DNA of 60,680 nucleotides, the filler included, from Hausera hauseri (lineage: Eukaryota): the NCBI GenBank assembly GCA_046269625.1. It is 12 parts of 12 records of this genome, joined end to end, with 100 filler letters (N's around TTAATTAATTAA, not from the genome) between each part and the next. Parts side by side here need not be neighbours in the genome. Positions count along the whole stretch, not along the records: positions 8,853 to 13,327 come from JBJURY010563339.1; positions 13,428 to 22,507 come from JBJURY010465466.1; positions 22,608 to 26,913 come from JBJURY010645775.1; 9 more parts are not named here. The stretch is one strand, 5' to 3'. The notes below the pieces were generated by a model. That model was not told the origin of the DNA, searched no databases, and worked only from the letters and a program-made list of their open reading frames with translations. Below are positions 10,950 through 22,641 of this stretch, piece after piece. The position numbers and the translations under genes were made by a program. Positions within the stretch are counted from its first letter, which is position 1. Every line of letters starts with the position of its first letter.

Positions 10950-12713
10950 CCATCTGCTTTCTTCATATGGCTTTAAAAACCTTTCGAAAGGTGTTATGAT
11001 CGCAATCAAGATTTTTCATGAGAATCTTGTCAACGTAGATATTTCGTATTCGTTAAATACTGCTTGGATTACTGTCTTCATTAGTTGTATTAAGAAATAT
11101 ATCGCTAGAAATGCGGATGCGGCTTGTCCAAGAATTAGAAATCTTCCACAAATTTTGTATAAGATTTCCGTGGTCACTCGTTGTTAATTGTTTGCACCGA
11201 GCAAAGAGTCCCATGGTATCGAGTATCGTCCACTACTGAGACAATGGCTCGGTTCAATTCATGTGTTCGTTGCAGCGGAAAAGCGAGATATTTTCAAAAG
11301 TCTTCGGTTTTTTTGACCCATATATACTTTCGATGAGATATTCTGGAATTTACCATTTGTAATTCCACTTACGAGATTAGTTCCTGTAAATTTAATTAGT
11401 GCTTCCATTTGGCAGGATTAACCAATCCGTTTCGCTATTTCTAAACATTGATTTTCCTAAACTTGCTTTACTTTCTGTAAGGATTGTTTGCTGAGTCGCA
11501 TTATCTAACAATACTCTAGTAAGTGGCATAACTAAATGAGGCATATTCTGGTATATAACTGCAAGTTCTTGTATGCACCTTTTTTCTTCGACATTGATTG
11601 ATACATCTCATTTTTCACATTCGTAAGTCAACAAGGCTGCACCAGTAACTCGACCGAAAATTCCTTTTGTCATGGAAATTATTAGTGATGCTAACTCCGG
11701 ATTTGAATAAATCAGCGCCAATTTTGTCCTCATGATTTCCGTCGCTTTTTTCATCTTGTGGTATAGTTCGGCTACCCTAACTTGTCCCTTGTAGTAAAAA
11801 TAGTCGTCTCGATTTTTCAAGTAATCCTATATTCGTTTGTTTTCGCACTTATTTCCGTTTGCTCGACTAAAACTCTTCGTAATTAGAGGCAAACATCACT
11901 CCTTCACAACGGGATGTTTTAATAAATGTTATTCCATGAGGGTCGGAGATTAACGTAGTAGGTGTAGAGTGTTCTGTTACATCTTCCCGTGTTTTCTTGT
12001 TGCTGTCAAACTTATTCATATATCGCTTAGCTGTAGTCTCATTGAATTTTAATTCCTTAATTTTAATAAAGTTAAAGTTCCTTTCAGATGGAGGTTCCCA
12101 TATTATAACAAAACTTCTGAAAGCACATATTCCATCCCGTAAATGACATCTTTCATTTTTGATATACAGTTTCGTGACGCTATAAAATATCATGTTCTGT
12201 GCTCGCATGTCCGTTTCGTAGAAATGCACGACTACTATGTTTGCTTCCATTCCTTTACCGATGTCATATTCTGCTCTAATACAGTTTCTGTTATGCATGT
12301 CTAGTCTTACGACCGCTACTTTATATGTTCTAATTATTTTTTCTTGTAGTATTTCAAGTTCTATACCGTCCTCTTGTATGCTTCCTGTTTCCTTAGCCTG
12401 CTTTTAATTATTTCGTTCTACATTCATCGAGATTAAGGGAATGTTTGGTTTGATTAGAGATGAATGTTAACGTGTCAATACTGCAGGACTGTCGTAACAT
12501 GCATCCCATTCCGTCTAATGGTACTAATTTTTGTTGTAGGTATGTGGAGTAGATTTTCTCTTTTGTCTCCAGTTTGTGTGGTCTGGTGTCTTTACACCAC
12601 TCTAAGTCCATCAAGAGGTATTTCTGTCCAAGTTTCAATTTATCGCAGTCATAGACTTTAACGGCACCTATCCGTTTTACTAACATCATCAGGGCAAGCA
12701 ACTGATTTGCCAA
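10950..12713 (-). pseudogene. Near full-length chuvirus-like fusion glycoprotein (env), decayed, copy B
   Basis: Signal + VYDCD N-terminus; GRVTGAALLTYEC..V......CIQELAVIYQN...VMPLTRVL core; C-terminal hydrophobic FLILGQAASAFLAIYFLIQLMKTVIQAVF and KILIAIITPF segments. Confidence 0.78.
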
Positions 12714-13170
12714 TTAGATTCGTTTCTTCGGTTATTATTATTTGTTTTGGTCAGATTTCGTACCATGTCTTCGAGTCTAAAACTATTACTGGACCGTTTG
12801 TCTTGTTCTTTCTCGAATAATTTTGACTAGTATACTTCTCGAGGCTATCTTCTAGCGGTTCTCCATGCCAAACTCGTAGCTTTGTTAAATTAACTGTCTC
12901 TATTGGGATTTCTTTTGATCGCTAAGTACATCAGTACTTTTCTTAGTTCTTATTTTGTGTCTTCTTTCATGATATTTTTATTATCAAATCGTCTGTTAGG
13001 TAAAGATGATAATTTCTTATTATTTTAGTTGTGTTAAATATTGCTTTCGCTTTATCGTGTAATATATTGCCATGGAGGCTTGAACAATTTACGATATGTA
13101 TTAATTTTTTTATTAACTCACTCAATTCTTCGTTTCTTCACTGAAAGTAGAAATTGTCATCTCACTTAAT
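12714..13170 (-). pseudogene. C-terminal part of accessory ORF X, copy B
   Basis: ELSEMTISTFS..NEELSELIKKLIHIVN.SSLHGNILHDKAKAIF aligns with ELRQMSIPTFSTNNEELSELMKNLIQIVNYLSLRGDILNDKEKIIF of copy A. It ends RRNESNW. Confidence 0.75.
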
Positions 13171-14239
13171 TCTCAAAACCAATTGTCAAAATATTTGGTT
13201 TTGACAATAAAAACACAAAAATCATAAATATACAAACAGTTATTAAACTGATTACATTGACGATTAAGCCCAGCACACATTTTTATTATTCAGTAAGCCA
13301 TGCATTAAAAAAATTTCACAGGGTGTGNNNNNNNNNNNNNNNNNNNNNNNNNNNNNNNNNNNNNNNNNNNNTTAATTAATTAANNNNNNNNNNNNNNNNN
13401 NNNNNNNNNNNNNNNNNNNNNNNNNNNTTTTGCACTTGTGTATATTTTAAATTTACGGTTTAGTTTAAATATTTCATTTGTGATTTTTTGGTCAATCCGA
13501 ACATCGTCAATATTTCAATATATTATTTGCTGCCATGATTTTCTTGAATTTTGTTTGGCAATGTCAATTTGTAAATTTTAAGTCAATTCGATTTTTATTG
13601 TGTTTGTCACATTTTATCAATTCAGCAATTTCAGATCATTTTTGGTGGTGACTCGATTTCTTAAAAACAATCAACTTGTGATTTTGCGTTTTAATTTCGT
13701 TGTAACTGAAAATAATTTCGTTATTTGTTTACAAAAAAATAATTTGTTTAAATGTTGTACAGATTTAAAATTTTTGGAAATAAAATTTTGAAATTGATTT
13801 CTGCCATTTTTCAATGAATCCTGCCATTTTGATTTTGTTTGCAATTTGAGAATTGTCGTTTCACTTATAGCAGTTTTCAACCGATTTATTTCAAGGATCT
13901 TGGTGCGTCTTTTTGAATAAGTTGTGGTTTCGACAATTGCGATTTTGAAGACATTTGTTCGGACATTCTGATTTTATATTTTGATCGTTTGACCAGTCAA
14001 AAGTTAGACATCTATTTATATCGTTTTAAAATCTATTTTAGTTATTGATTGTTAATTCCATAATTTAGTCATTTCAGTCATTTTTAATTATTCCTATCAT
14101 TTCGGATATCTTACAATTGCGGATTTTATCATATTGGTCGTTAGATTTCTCTAATTCTGAATTTTTGTCAGTTGACATTTTCACGTCTTTATTATGATTT
14201 TATCGTCGACTTGTTGCATTGTTACAAATAACAATCGGT

Positions 14240-15950
14240 ACATGCCTTTTGGCTTGCAAAATTCTTTCAACGCCACAGAGATGCTATACTTTCTGATTTC
14301 CCATATGCTTATCCCTATATCGATGATATATTAATCGTTTCTTCTTCAACTTAACAACACGAAAAACACCTTAGATCAATTTTTAGCGTTTACACCAGTA
14401 TAATCTGCAAATTAATTTCCAAAATGTCACTTTTCCAGAAGCTTATAAACTTCCTTGGTAACAATCTTCCGAAGGCCACTCGCCTCAGCCCGATCGAGTT
14501 GAAGAGCTAAAAAACGTACAGCTACCTCAAACAACAACAGAAATGAGGAGCTTTTTAGGAACTTAACACTTCGTTCACAAGTATGTGCCGTACTGCTCTA
14601 AACTTACCGCACCATTTGCTCACCTCAGTGGTAGAAAATAACACCAGCCAATACAATGGAACCCTGAACTAGTAAACAAATTCGAAAAGCTAAGAGAAGG
14701 TTTAAAAACTGTCGAGATATTAGCTTTCCCCAAGCATGATGCACAGCTGATCCTCACTACAGACGTCTCCACCACCTCTGTGGGCGCCATACTTCATCAA
14801 ATCTATAATGGAAAGAACCAGCCTTTGGAGTATTTTTCACGCAAGTTAACACCTCCTGAAACTAGGTACTCAACGTTTGAATGAGAATTATTGGCTATCG
14901 TTATCACTTTAAAGCATTTCTCCCACCTACTTGTCGCTCGCCATTTTACCATACAGACCGATCACAAGCCCTTGCTAAATATCATGGCTATAAAACATCT
15001 TTCCTCATGCCAAGAACGACAGATATCATATTTGTCGACATTTAAATCTGACATAAAACATATTAACGGGCTTAGTAATTTGGTTGCCGATTTTTTATCT
15101 ACGACGGTTGGTTCGATTAATTTTTCACCAATCTTCTCTCAAGTACAACTTCAACAGAACTAGCCACCTCAGGACATGCTTAATTCTTTTAAGTCTTGTA
15201 CAACTGTTGACGGCGTAGCTTTAGACACTTCCAAACCAGGTCATTCCGTTATAATTCTCGCACCACCTTTACAACGGCAGGCGTTTAACAATGTACATGT
15301 GCTACACCACCCTGGCGCTAAAGCCACCTTTCGTACTAGTTTGGCCGTCACTGCGTTACGATGTGCAAACCTGGGTTAAGGAGTGCGTGGCCTGCCAAAA
15401 GTACAAAACAACTAAGCATTTTAAGCCACCACTATTCCACTTTCCATGCATATGGCGTTTTGAATCCATGCATGTTGACATCGTCGGCCCTCTTCCTCCG
15501 AACAACGGTTATTAATTCATTCTCACCATGGTGGACCGTTCCTCGCGATGGCCAGAAGCCATTCCTCTACGGAGTACAAATACCGATACCGTAGCTGACG
15601 TTTATATTCGTACATCAATTAGCAGGTTTAAATAACCTCGCTTCATCATCACGGATCTAGGTCCACAGTTTGAATCCAACGTGTTCAAATCCCTTATTAA
15701 CCGATTGGGAATCCAGCACATACATACTAGGCCTTACCATCCCCAATCGAATGGCCTTTTAGAAAGTTTCCACCGAACATGGAAAACGTCAGTAAGAATT
15801 CTTGCAGAGTCGAACACTAGTTGGACGAATCTTCTTCCGTTTTTTCTGCTTGGCTGGCGGAATACTCCGTCTACTTATGCAGGATGCTCACCCACTGAAG
15901 CCTTATTCGGAGCTCCTGTACGGTCATTATTCGAACTTACTGCCCTAGAC
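14240..15950 (+). pseudogene. CsRn1/Kabuki-like Ty3/gypsy pol fragment (RT C-terminus, RNase H, integrase)
   Basis: MPFGL, YPYIDDILI, LTTD.STTSVGA.LHQ, TDHKPL, HVDIVGPLP, RWPEAIPL, YHPQSNGLLE.FHRT; many frameshifts. Confidence 0.9.
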
Positions 15951-17155
15951 GATTGTTGTGTCCAACAAGGACTTGGCTGTCTAATCTGTCCAAATCTGTA
16001 TTTAAAACTGACTCTCTTACTTTTGAAATACTGTAGGTATACATCATCATAGATATTTGTCTAATCGAAAAATATCCATTGGGAGAGGAAAAAAGCTATA
16101 GACAACCAGCGTTATAAAATTTCAAATTTAAAAAAAGAATTGTATGATAGGATGTTTGAAAAATAACCTTCAATATCGAAAGAAATACCCAAACTAAATT
16201 TCCAAAATGGTTAACAAAACTTCAATTCAAAATGTTGAATAATTATTTATTATTAAAACAAGAAGAAATTTTTAAGACAATAGAATGTATTATTTGATAT
16301 CGATAATGTTGGATGGGTGGGTGGACTGCTACGATCATCAGTCAGATCAATGAACTGATTCTTTTTTATTGGAACTTCAAGGACATCATCATCATCATCA
16401 ACGAAATCCTGTTTGTTCTTTAATAATTTTGGTCTTTTCAAAATTTTATCATCCTTTATCGTTGTCTTAATTTTAATTGGTAGGTCAGGCAATTTCCTGG
16501 TGCCGATATATGTATCTTTCGCAGCAAAGGACACTATACATTTTTAAAACAAATGGATTTATTAAAATATCGTTCGAACAGCTCAATATCGCTGATAATT
16601 TTTGGCTACCAATCTTTTCCTCGGTTAATTTGAATTGCATAATCGCCGTTGGTAAAATGCATATCGGAAATTTAATCGTTCTGCAAAATTGCACTGTTTC
16701 ATTTACGCTTTCAAATCCAAGAAGTTTTGAAAAAAAATTTATGCGGAACCGGATTAACTTTCTCAGAAACTTTGAAATTAACGTAAGCTTTATTGATAGC
16801 TTGAAAAGCATGAGTACGCACTTTATTGATAAAACGATGTATTAAACAACTAAACAGAAGTTCCGATTGTTTTAGTATGCAAAAGAACTGAACGCAATTT
16901 TTAAAATAAATCACACTCAAAATTCCTTTGCCAACTTAACAAATGGGGACTCGAACACATCTGTTTGAAAACTCTGAGCTTTGCTGACGATATCGTCATA
17001 AGTCAAGAGCATCATATCACTGAGAAATTCCGCTTCTTCAGCAAGTATTGCAATTTGGTCGATATGATATCTTTACTCTGGAACAGATTTTTGCTCATTT
17101 GTTAAAGCGGTGGAAGAAATGTATTATTTTCGACGTTCGCCGATTTGACTTCAAA

Positions 17156-20100
17156 TGTGTCAGATGAACTCGACGTAACTTCTTTCGAGGCGGAAGATTG
17201 GGCCTGCCTATGGTCCCGATGCGGTGAAAACGGACGCCCGGCCGTGTTCAACCAAATGGGTCAGAGGGCGCCGGGCACTGTGGGCATTACATCACCCCCT
17301 CCCAGGTCTAGAGGTTAAAACTATAAAAGAGCAAAATATACAGAAAAAAAACCGCAAAACGAAAAAGTATCTGTGTCAGTCGGTCTTACTGTGGACAAGA
17401 CATTTGGTGCCTTTTACTGATTTTCCCCTGCTATACTTGCTGAATGTGACTCTGCGTGTTTTGTTTTTTATACTATGTGTGTGCTTGCAGTGTTTGAATT
17501 TGGGGAAAAATTGTCAGATTTTGTTGTAAGTGTTGCATCGTACAAAGATGAGTCAGAGTAAAGAGAAGGAGAAAGCGAAGGAGGAAGAGAGATTGTTGAA
17601 GACGAAGGAATGATTAAAGGTGTAGTGACGATAAAGGAAAAGAGAAAGAAGTTGGAGTAGAAACCGAAATGAAATTGTGTGAAAGAGCAGAAGTGGAAGA
17701 TGAAACAGAGGTATTGGTAGAGAAAGAAAAAGACATGGGGATAGAAGTAAACAAAGGAGAAATTCGCGAAGTCGACGTGAAAGGGGCGGAAGACGATGTG
17801 TGAGGAGAAAGGGAAAAGAAAGCGCCGAAGATGAGGAAGGTGTAGAAACAGAAGGAGAGAGAAGACGGCGAAGAGGTACAAAACGCAAGACAGCAGAAAG
17901 ATGGAGAAGGCGAAGGAAACTAACTGAAAAGTGATGTGCAAGAGGTTGGAATGATGAAAGGTGTAGATGGAGAGATTGGTGAAGTCGAAGTGGTGTTTGA
18001 TGGAGAAAGTACTGCAAAAGGCAAAAGCAGGTTGTTATCAGGGGATGGAAGAGGTATTGGAAGGCTTGAAGGTGCAAAATCGGATGGGGAGAAAGAGGTT
18101 GAATTGTTAGAAGAAATTGAAGTGTAAGTTTTGGGAGAAAAGGTAGGAGAAATTGGATTAAGACATTGAGCAGAGATGGAAGGTGAATTGTAGGATTGCT
18201 GCGCGTCGTATGAAGAGGTTGGTGTAGAAGTGACTTCGATTGGAGACGTATCGTCGATGAAGAAATCCGGCTTAGCATTATTAATGTGAACGGTTACTTC
18301 TTTACCGTCTTTGAGAATACTGATGTTGTGGACGTATAATCGAATTACCTTGTAAGGGCCGACATACTGAGATTGAAAACCACACCGCGTCTGATTCTTT
18401 AGCCAAACGAACTTGGCAGTATATAAATCGTCGGATATGCAAGGTTTATTTGCGTGTAACAATCTGCAATATGAGTCTTTGCTGATCGCAATAAAGTGTC
18501 TCTGTACCGCTTGTATGGTTTCTTCTGTTGGAGTATTTTCCAGCTCAGTCAGCTTAATTAATTATCTGATGGCAGTGCCAAATAATGCTTCTGCAGATAA
18601 ACAGCCTGTAGAAGTAGATGGTGTGTTCCGCCAGCCAAGCAGAACGTACGGATGGAGTGTGGTCCAACTGCGATTGGACTCTGCAAGGATTTTAGGAGAC
18701 GTTTCCATCGTTCGGTGAAAGCGCTCGAGAAGGCCATTTGATTGGGGATGATATGGTGACGTTTGAATGTGGTTAATTCCCAATCGATTGACCAGTGCTT
18801 TAAACAGGTTGGATTCAAACTGTGGACCTTGGTTCGAAATGATGTGGCGAGATGATCAAAACCTGCTGATCCAAGTGCGGATTAAAACGTCTGCGATGGT
18901 TTCTGTGTTGGTGCTCCGAAGCGGGACGGCCTCTAAGCATAGCGACAAACGGTCCATCATTGTGAGGATGAACTGATGACCGTTGTTTAAGGGTACTGAG
19001 CCTACAAGATCAATGTGCACAGATTCGAAACGAGACGTGCTGGGAAAATGAAATAGTGGTGGCTTTAGGTGCTTAGTAACTTTGTATTTTTGGCATGCCA
19101 CAAACTGCGTAACTTATGGCTGCACGTCATAGCGCATCGACGGCCATACTATTTGGCGTTGTAAAAGCGAAAAGTGGCCTTGGCACCGGGATGATGCAAC
19201 GAATGAATGCTATTGAATGCTTCTTTTTGAAGCGATTCAGAAAGAATGATTTTGGGATTATTAGGTTTGGAGGTGTCAAAGGCCACACCGTCGATGGTTT
19301 CGTATGATGTAAAAGATTTAAGGATGTCAGGAGGTGGCTGGTTTTGCTGAAGTTTGGATTGAGGAAAAATTGGTGTAAAATCAATTGAGCTGACCGACCA
19401 GGACATAAAGTCCGCTACTAAATTGTCGACTCCGTTTAGATGCTTAATTACAAAATTAAATATTGACAAATGTGAAATGGATGCAGCTGTTATGGATGCG
19501 TCCGTGGTTAAGAAGTGTTCTGCATGGGAATTTGGATAGGCCAGGATTTCTACAGTTTTTAAATTGTCTTTGAGGTGATCGAAAGCATTGACTAGTTTGA
19601 CGGTCTATTGAATAGGCTGTTTCTTCCGGCCAGAGCTTAGTGATGCAAATGGAGCAGTTAGAGTAGAACAGTGAGGAACATAATTATGAATGAAGTGCGA
19701 GTTTCGAGAAAAAAACGCTTCTCTGTTCATGTACGTGGTAGCTGTATGTTTTTGAGCTGTGTGATGCGCTCCTGCTGAGGTGAATATCCGGAGGAGCTAA
19801 TAACATGTCCTAGGAAGTTGACCTTATGTTGAAAAAAGAGCATTTGGCGAAATTAATTTGCAAATTGTTTTGGTGCAAGCGCTGGAAGATTAGACGTAAG
19901 TGTTCAGAATGTTGTTTCGTGGAATATGAGGCAATTAGGATATTATCACTATAAGAATAAGCAAAGTTTAAACCTGATAGGACTGTATCTATATGCCTTT
20001 GGAAGGTTTGGGAAGCTCTAGGGAGTCCAAAAGCATAAAAAGGTACTCAAAAAAGCCAAAAAGTGTAATGACAACCGTTTTCAGAATGTCTTCTGGAGCC

Positions 20101-22507
20101 ACCGGAATTTGGCGGTATGCTTTGTGTACGTCAATACAGGAAAAGATAGTCGAATCATGGAGCCTGTGAAGGATATTGTTGATTAATGGTAGAGGGTAGG
20201 CATCGATGGTTGTTATGATGTTGAGTTGTATGTAATCACCGCATGGGCGAAAGGTACCATCTTTTTTTGGAACCACGTGCAGTGGTGAAGACCACGGGGA
20301 TTTAAATCTTCTGATTATGCCTGATCTTTCCAGTTCGAGAAACTCAGCCTACACTGCCTGTCTGCGGCGAGGCGATAGCAGGCGGGCCTTTGCTGTATTG
20401 GTCTTTGATGTGCTGTTATTACGTGATAAAAGATGGATTGAGGTGGTACGAATGATTTATCCTTTTGCAACAGACGCGTGCAGGAAGACGAAATATATTG
20501 TTGTAGATCAGAAGGCAACGATGAAAACTTATCAGGTGGTGTCGATGCATGGTGACTGGATGCAGTTGAGGTATGAGTTGTAGACAAGGTGTTTTGACTA
20601 GGTGGTATTTGGTTCAGGATGTTCGTGTTGAAGATGGTGTTGGCAGCTTTACTATCAGTAATAGGTGTCACACAGTTGGCAATATCGTATTTGTCACCGC
20701 AGTAAAAATTTCTGTATAATGAATGATTATCAAAATAATTTAAATCGGAAGTCGTTTTCTTCGGTATTTACTTGCTGGAAGCGATCGTCCGGGTGGCCAC
20801 CGAAATGCTGCTAAACTGATTAAGATTATTTCCGCACTTTAAGGAACATCGTTTGCAATCTACAAGTAAATTGTAGTGGGATAGGAAGTCTGAACCCAAT
20901 ATAGGTGTGCGTACATTGGCTATTGTAAATTTCCAAGTGAATGTGTTTGGGAAATTTGGGAGTGTGAAAGTTAATTTAGTAACACCAAGAGTTTGTAAAA
21001 GTTCAGCGGACGCAGTGAACAGTTGCTTTTTTGAAGTGAAATTGTTTTGAATGTGTTGTGTTGGTGGTAGTAAAGAGATTGCTGCGCCGGTGTCTATAAG
21101 AAAGTTAATGTTTTGCTTTGTTGGAGTGACAACTGCCGCTTCCAACGTGAATACAGCAAAGGAAATGTGTCGGCTATCTTTTAGCAGGTTGGTGCCTTTG
21201 CTAGGACTTGACGTGTGTCCTAGCGGCAAAATAAGTTTTTTGTAGCTGGTGAGTTTGGCCTACTGTTTTGTGTGAACATAGTAGTGTTGATCTTATTGTG
21301 TGTGTTGTAGTTACAACCAGTTAGGAATTTTTGTGCTTTTGTGTCAAATTTTGAGTGATAGAGGCAAACGATATTGCCTGTATTAAAGTTATGGGAGTAA
21401 ATTTAGCAACCTATGTAGCATTTCTGAGCATTGTTACCACATTTGCCATGATAATAGCAAATAGATGACCGTGTGGGCAAAGGCGACCGTCTTTGACGTT
21501 GATTAAATACATTAGGGGAAGCAGCCCTAGAAAAAGCCCGTAGAGGCAGCGTTCATTCGATTAATTTTTCGTTTATGTCGTTAATTGTCTTCTGTAACTT
21601 TTCATTTTCCGTGCGTAATTGCGCAATTTATTGCTGCAGCATTGCACTTTGTTGTTATTGGTCTGCTGTCAATGCTGCAGAGACGGTTGGTGTTGTGTGA
21701 GTGCAGTACTTCATATGCATTGTCTGTCAGTTTGGCTAGCTTGTCCAGAGCCACTGAGTCTTCGACCACGGTAAGCAAAGCTCTTATTTGAAGGGCTAAT
21801 GCATTTAAAAAATAGCGACTATTAAGTTCTGAACTATGATCAGATGTTACGCCAAGGGTGTTGAGGTGAGACAAGGATGTGCGTAAGAATTCAGAAGGCT
21901 TCTGAAGGCCCATGGAGTTATCGTTGAAGAACCTTTAATGATGAAGTCGATTGACGGCTCAGTAAGCTTGAGAACGGCATTGTAAAGTTGAGTATATGGG
22001 TCAGTGTGATGAAGTATATCGATGATATTGGTAATTTTGGTTTTGATGGAATCAGATAAATGAAAAAACAGGCTATTGGCTTTGGATAAAGAGTCGACGA
22101 CGTTTTGTGATTGGAGCCAAAATTGGTGCAGTTTTAGCCAAGTCTGAGTAGAGTTTTGGCTGTCGAGGAAGTATTCTGTGCAGGGTGAATGAGTGAGGAG
22201 GGTGTGTTATGTCGAGGTGTTTGAAGCGCTTTGTTTGGGTAAATGAATGATAGGGATCTGTGGTTTGGTGAGTTTGTCCGGGCGTCAGTTGTGGGTGATG
22301 TATCCATGCCACCAAGGACACGGAAGTGAATGTTAAGGCAGACAAAAGTTGCAGAAGTTTGGAGGGGTTCAGCGAAAGGCACTACAGATCTATTGTATGT
22401 GAGGTAGAAGTCAGAGAAGTGGAGTAAGGTAGAGATGAAGTTGTAAATGGCCGGAGTGTGTAGGTGTAATGCTCTATATGTATGAATATATTAGTAGTGT
22501 AAAAATG
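17156..22507 (-). mobile_element. CsRn1/Kabuki-like Ty3/gypsy element, near full length, decayed
   Basis: Gag (~22300-21300) with CHCC fingers; protease FLIDTGAAISLLP; RT (20276-); RNase H with an internal deletion near 19480 relative to the copy at 47400-47650; integrase; S/T/P-rich tail. PPT GGGAGGGGGTGA (17292-17303) precedes LTR start TGTAATGC at 17291. A matching LTR end GCATTACA lies at 22465. The left boundary is uncertain. Confidence 0.88.
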
Positions 22508-22641
22508 NNNNNNNNNNNNNNNNNNNNNNNNNNNNNNNNNNNNNNNNNNNNTTAATTAATTAANNNNNNNNNNNNNNNNNNNNNNNNNNNNNNNNNNNNN
22601 NNNNNNNACAACAACTAACTATATACAATGTTGTTATCGAG

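Noticed and set aside
13182-13208. 10-bp inverted repeat ATTGTCAAAA/TTTTGACAAT near the break in ORF X homology
   Set aside because: AT-rich and short; I cannot tie it to a TE terminus.
13428-14230. Possible decayed coding sequence on the minus strand
   Set aside because: No motif recognised; left unannotated.
15950-17150. Short ORFs 16253-16534 and 16485-16811 as a gene
   Set aside because: Possibly remnants of host exons, but no family or consistent splice model could be supported.
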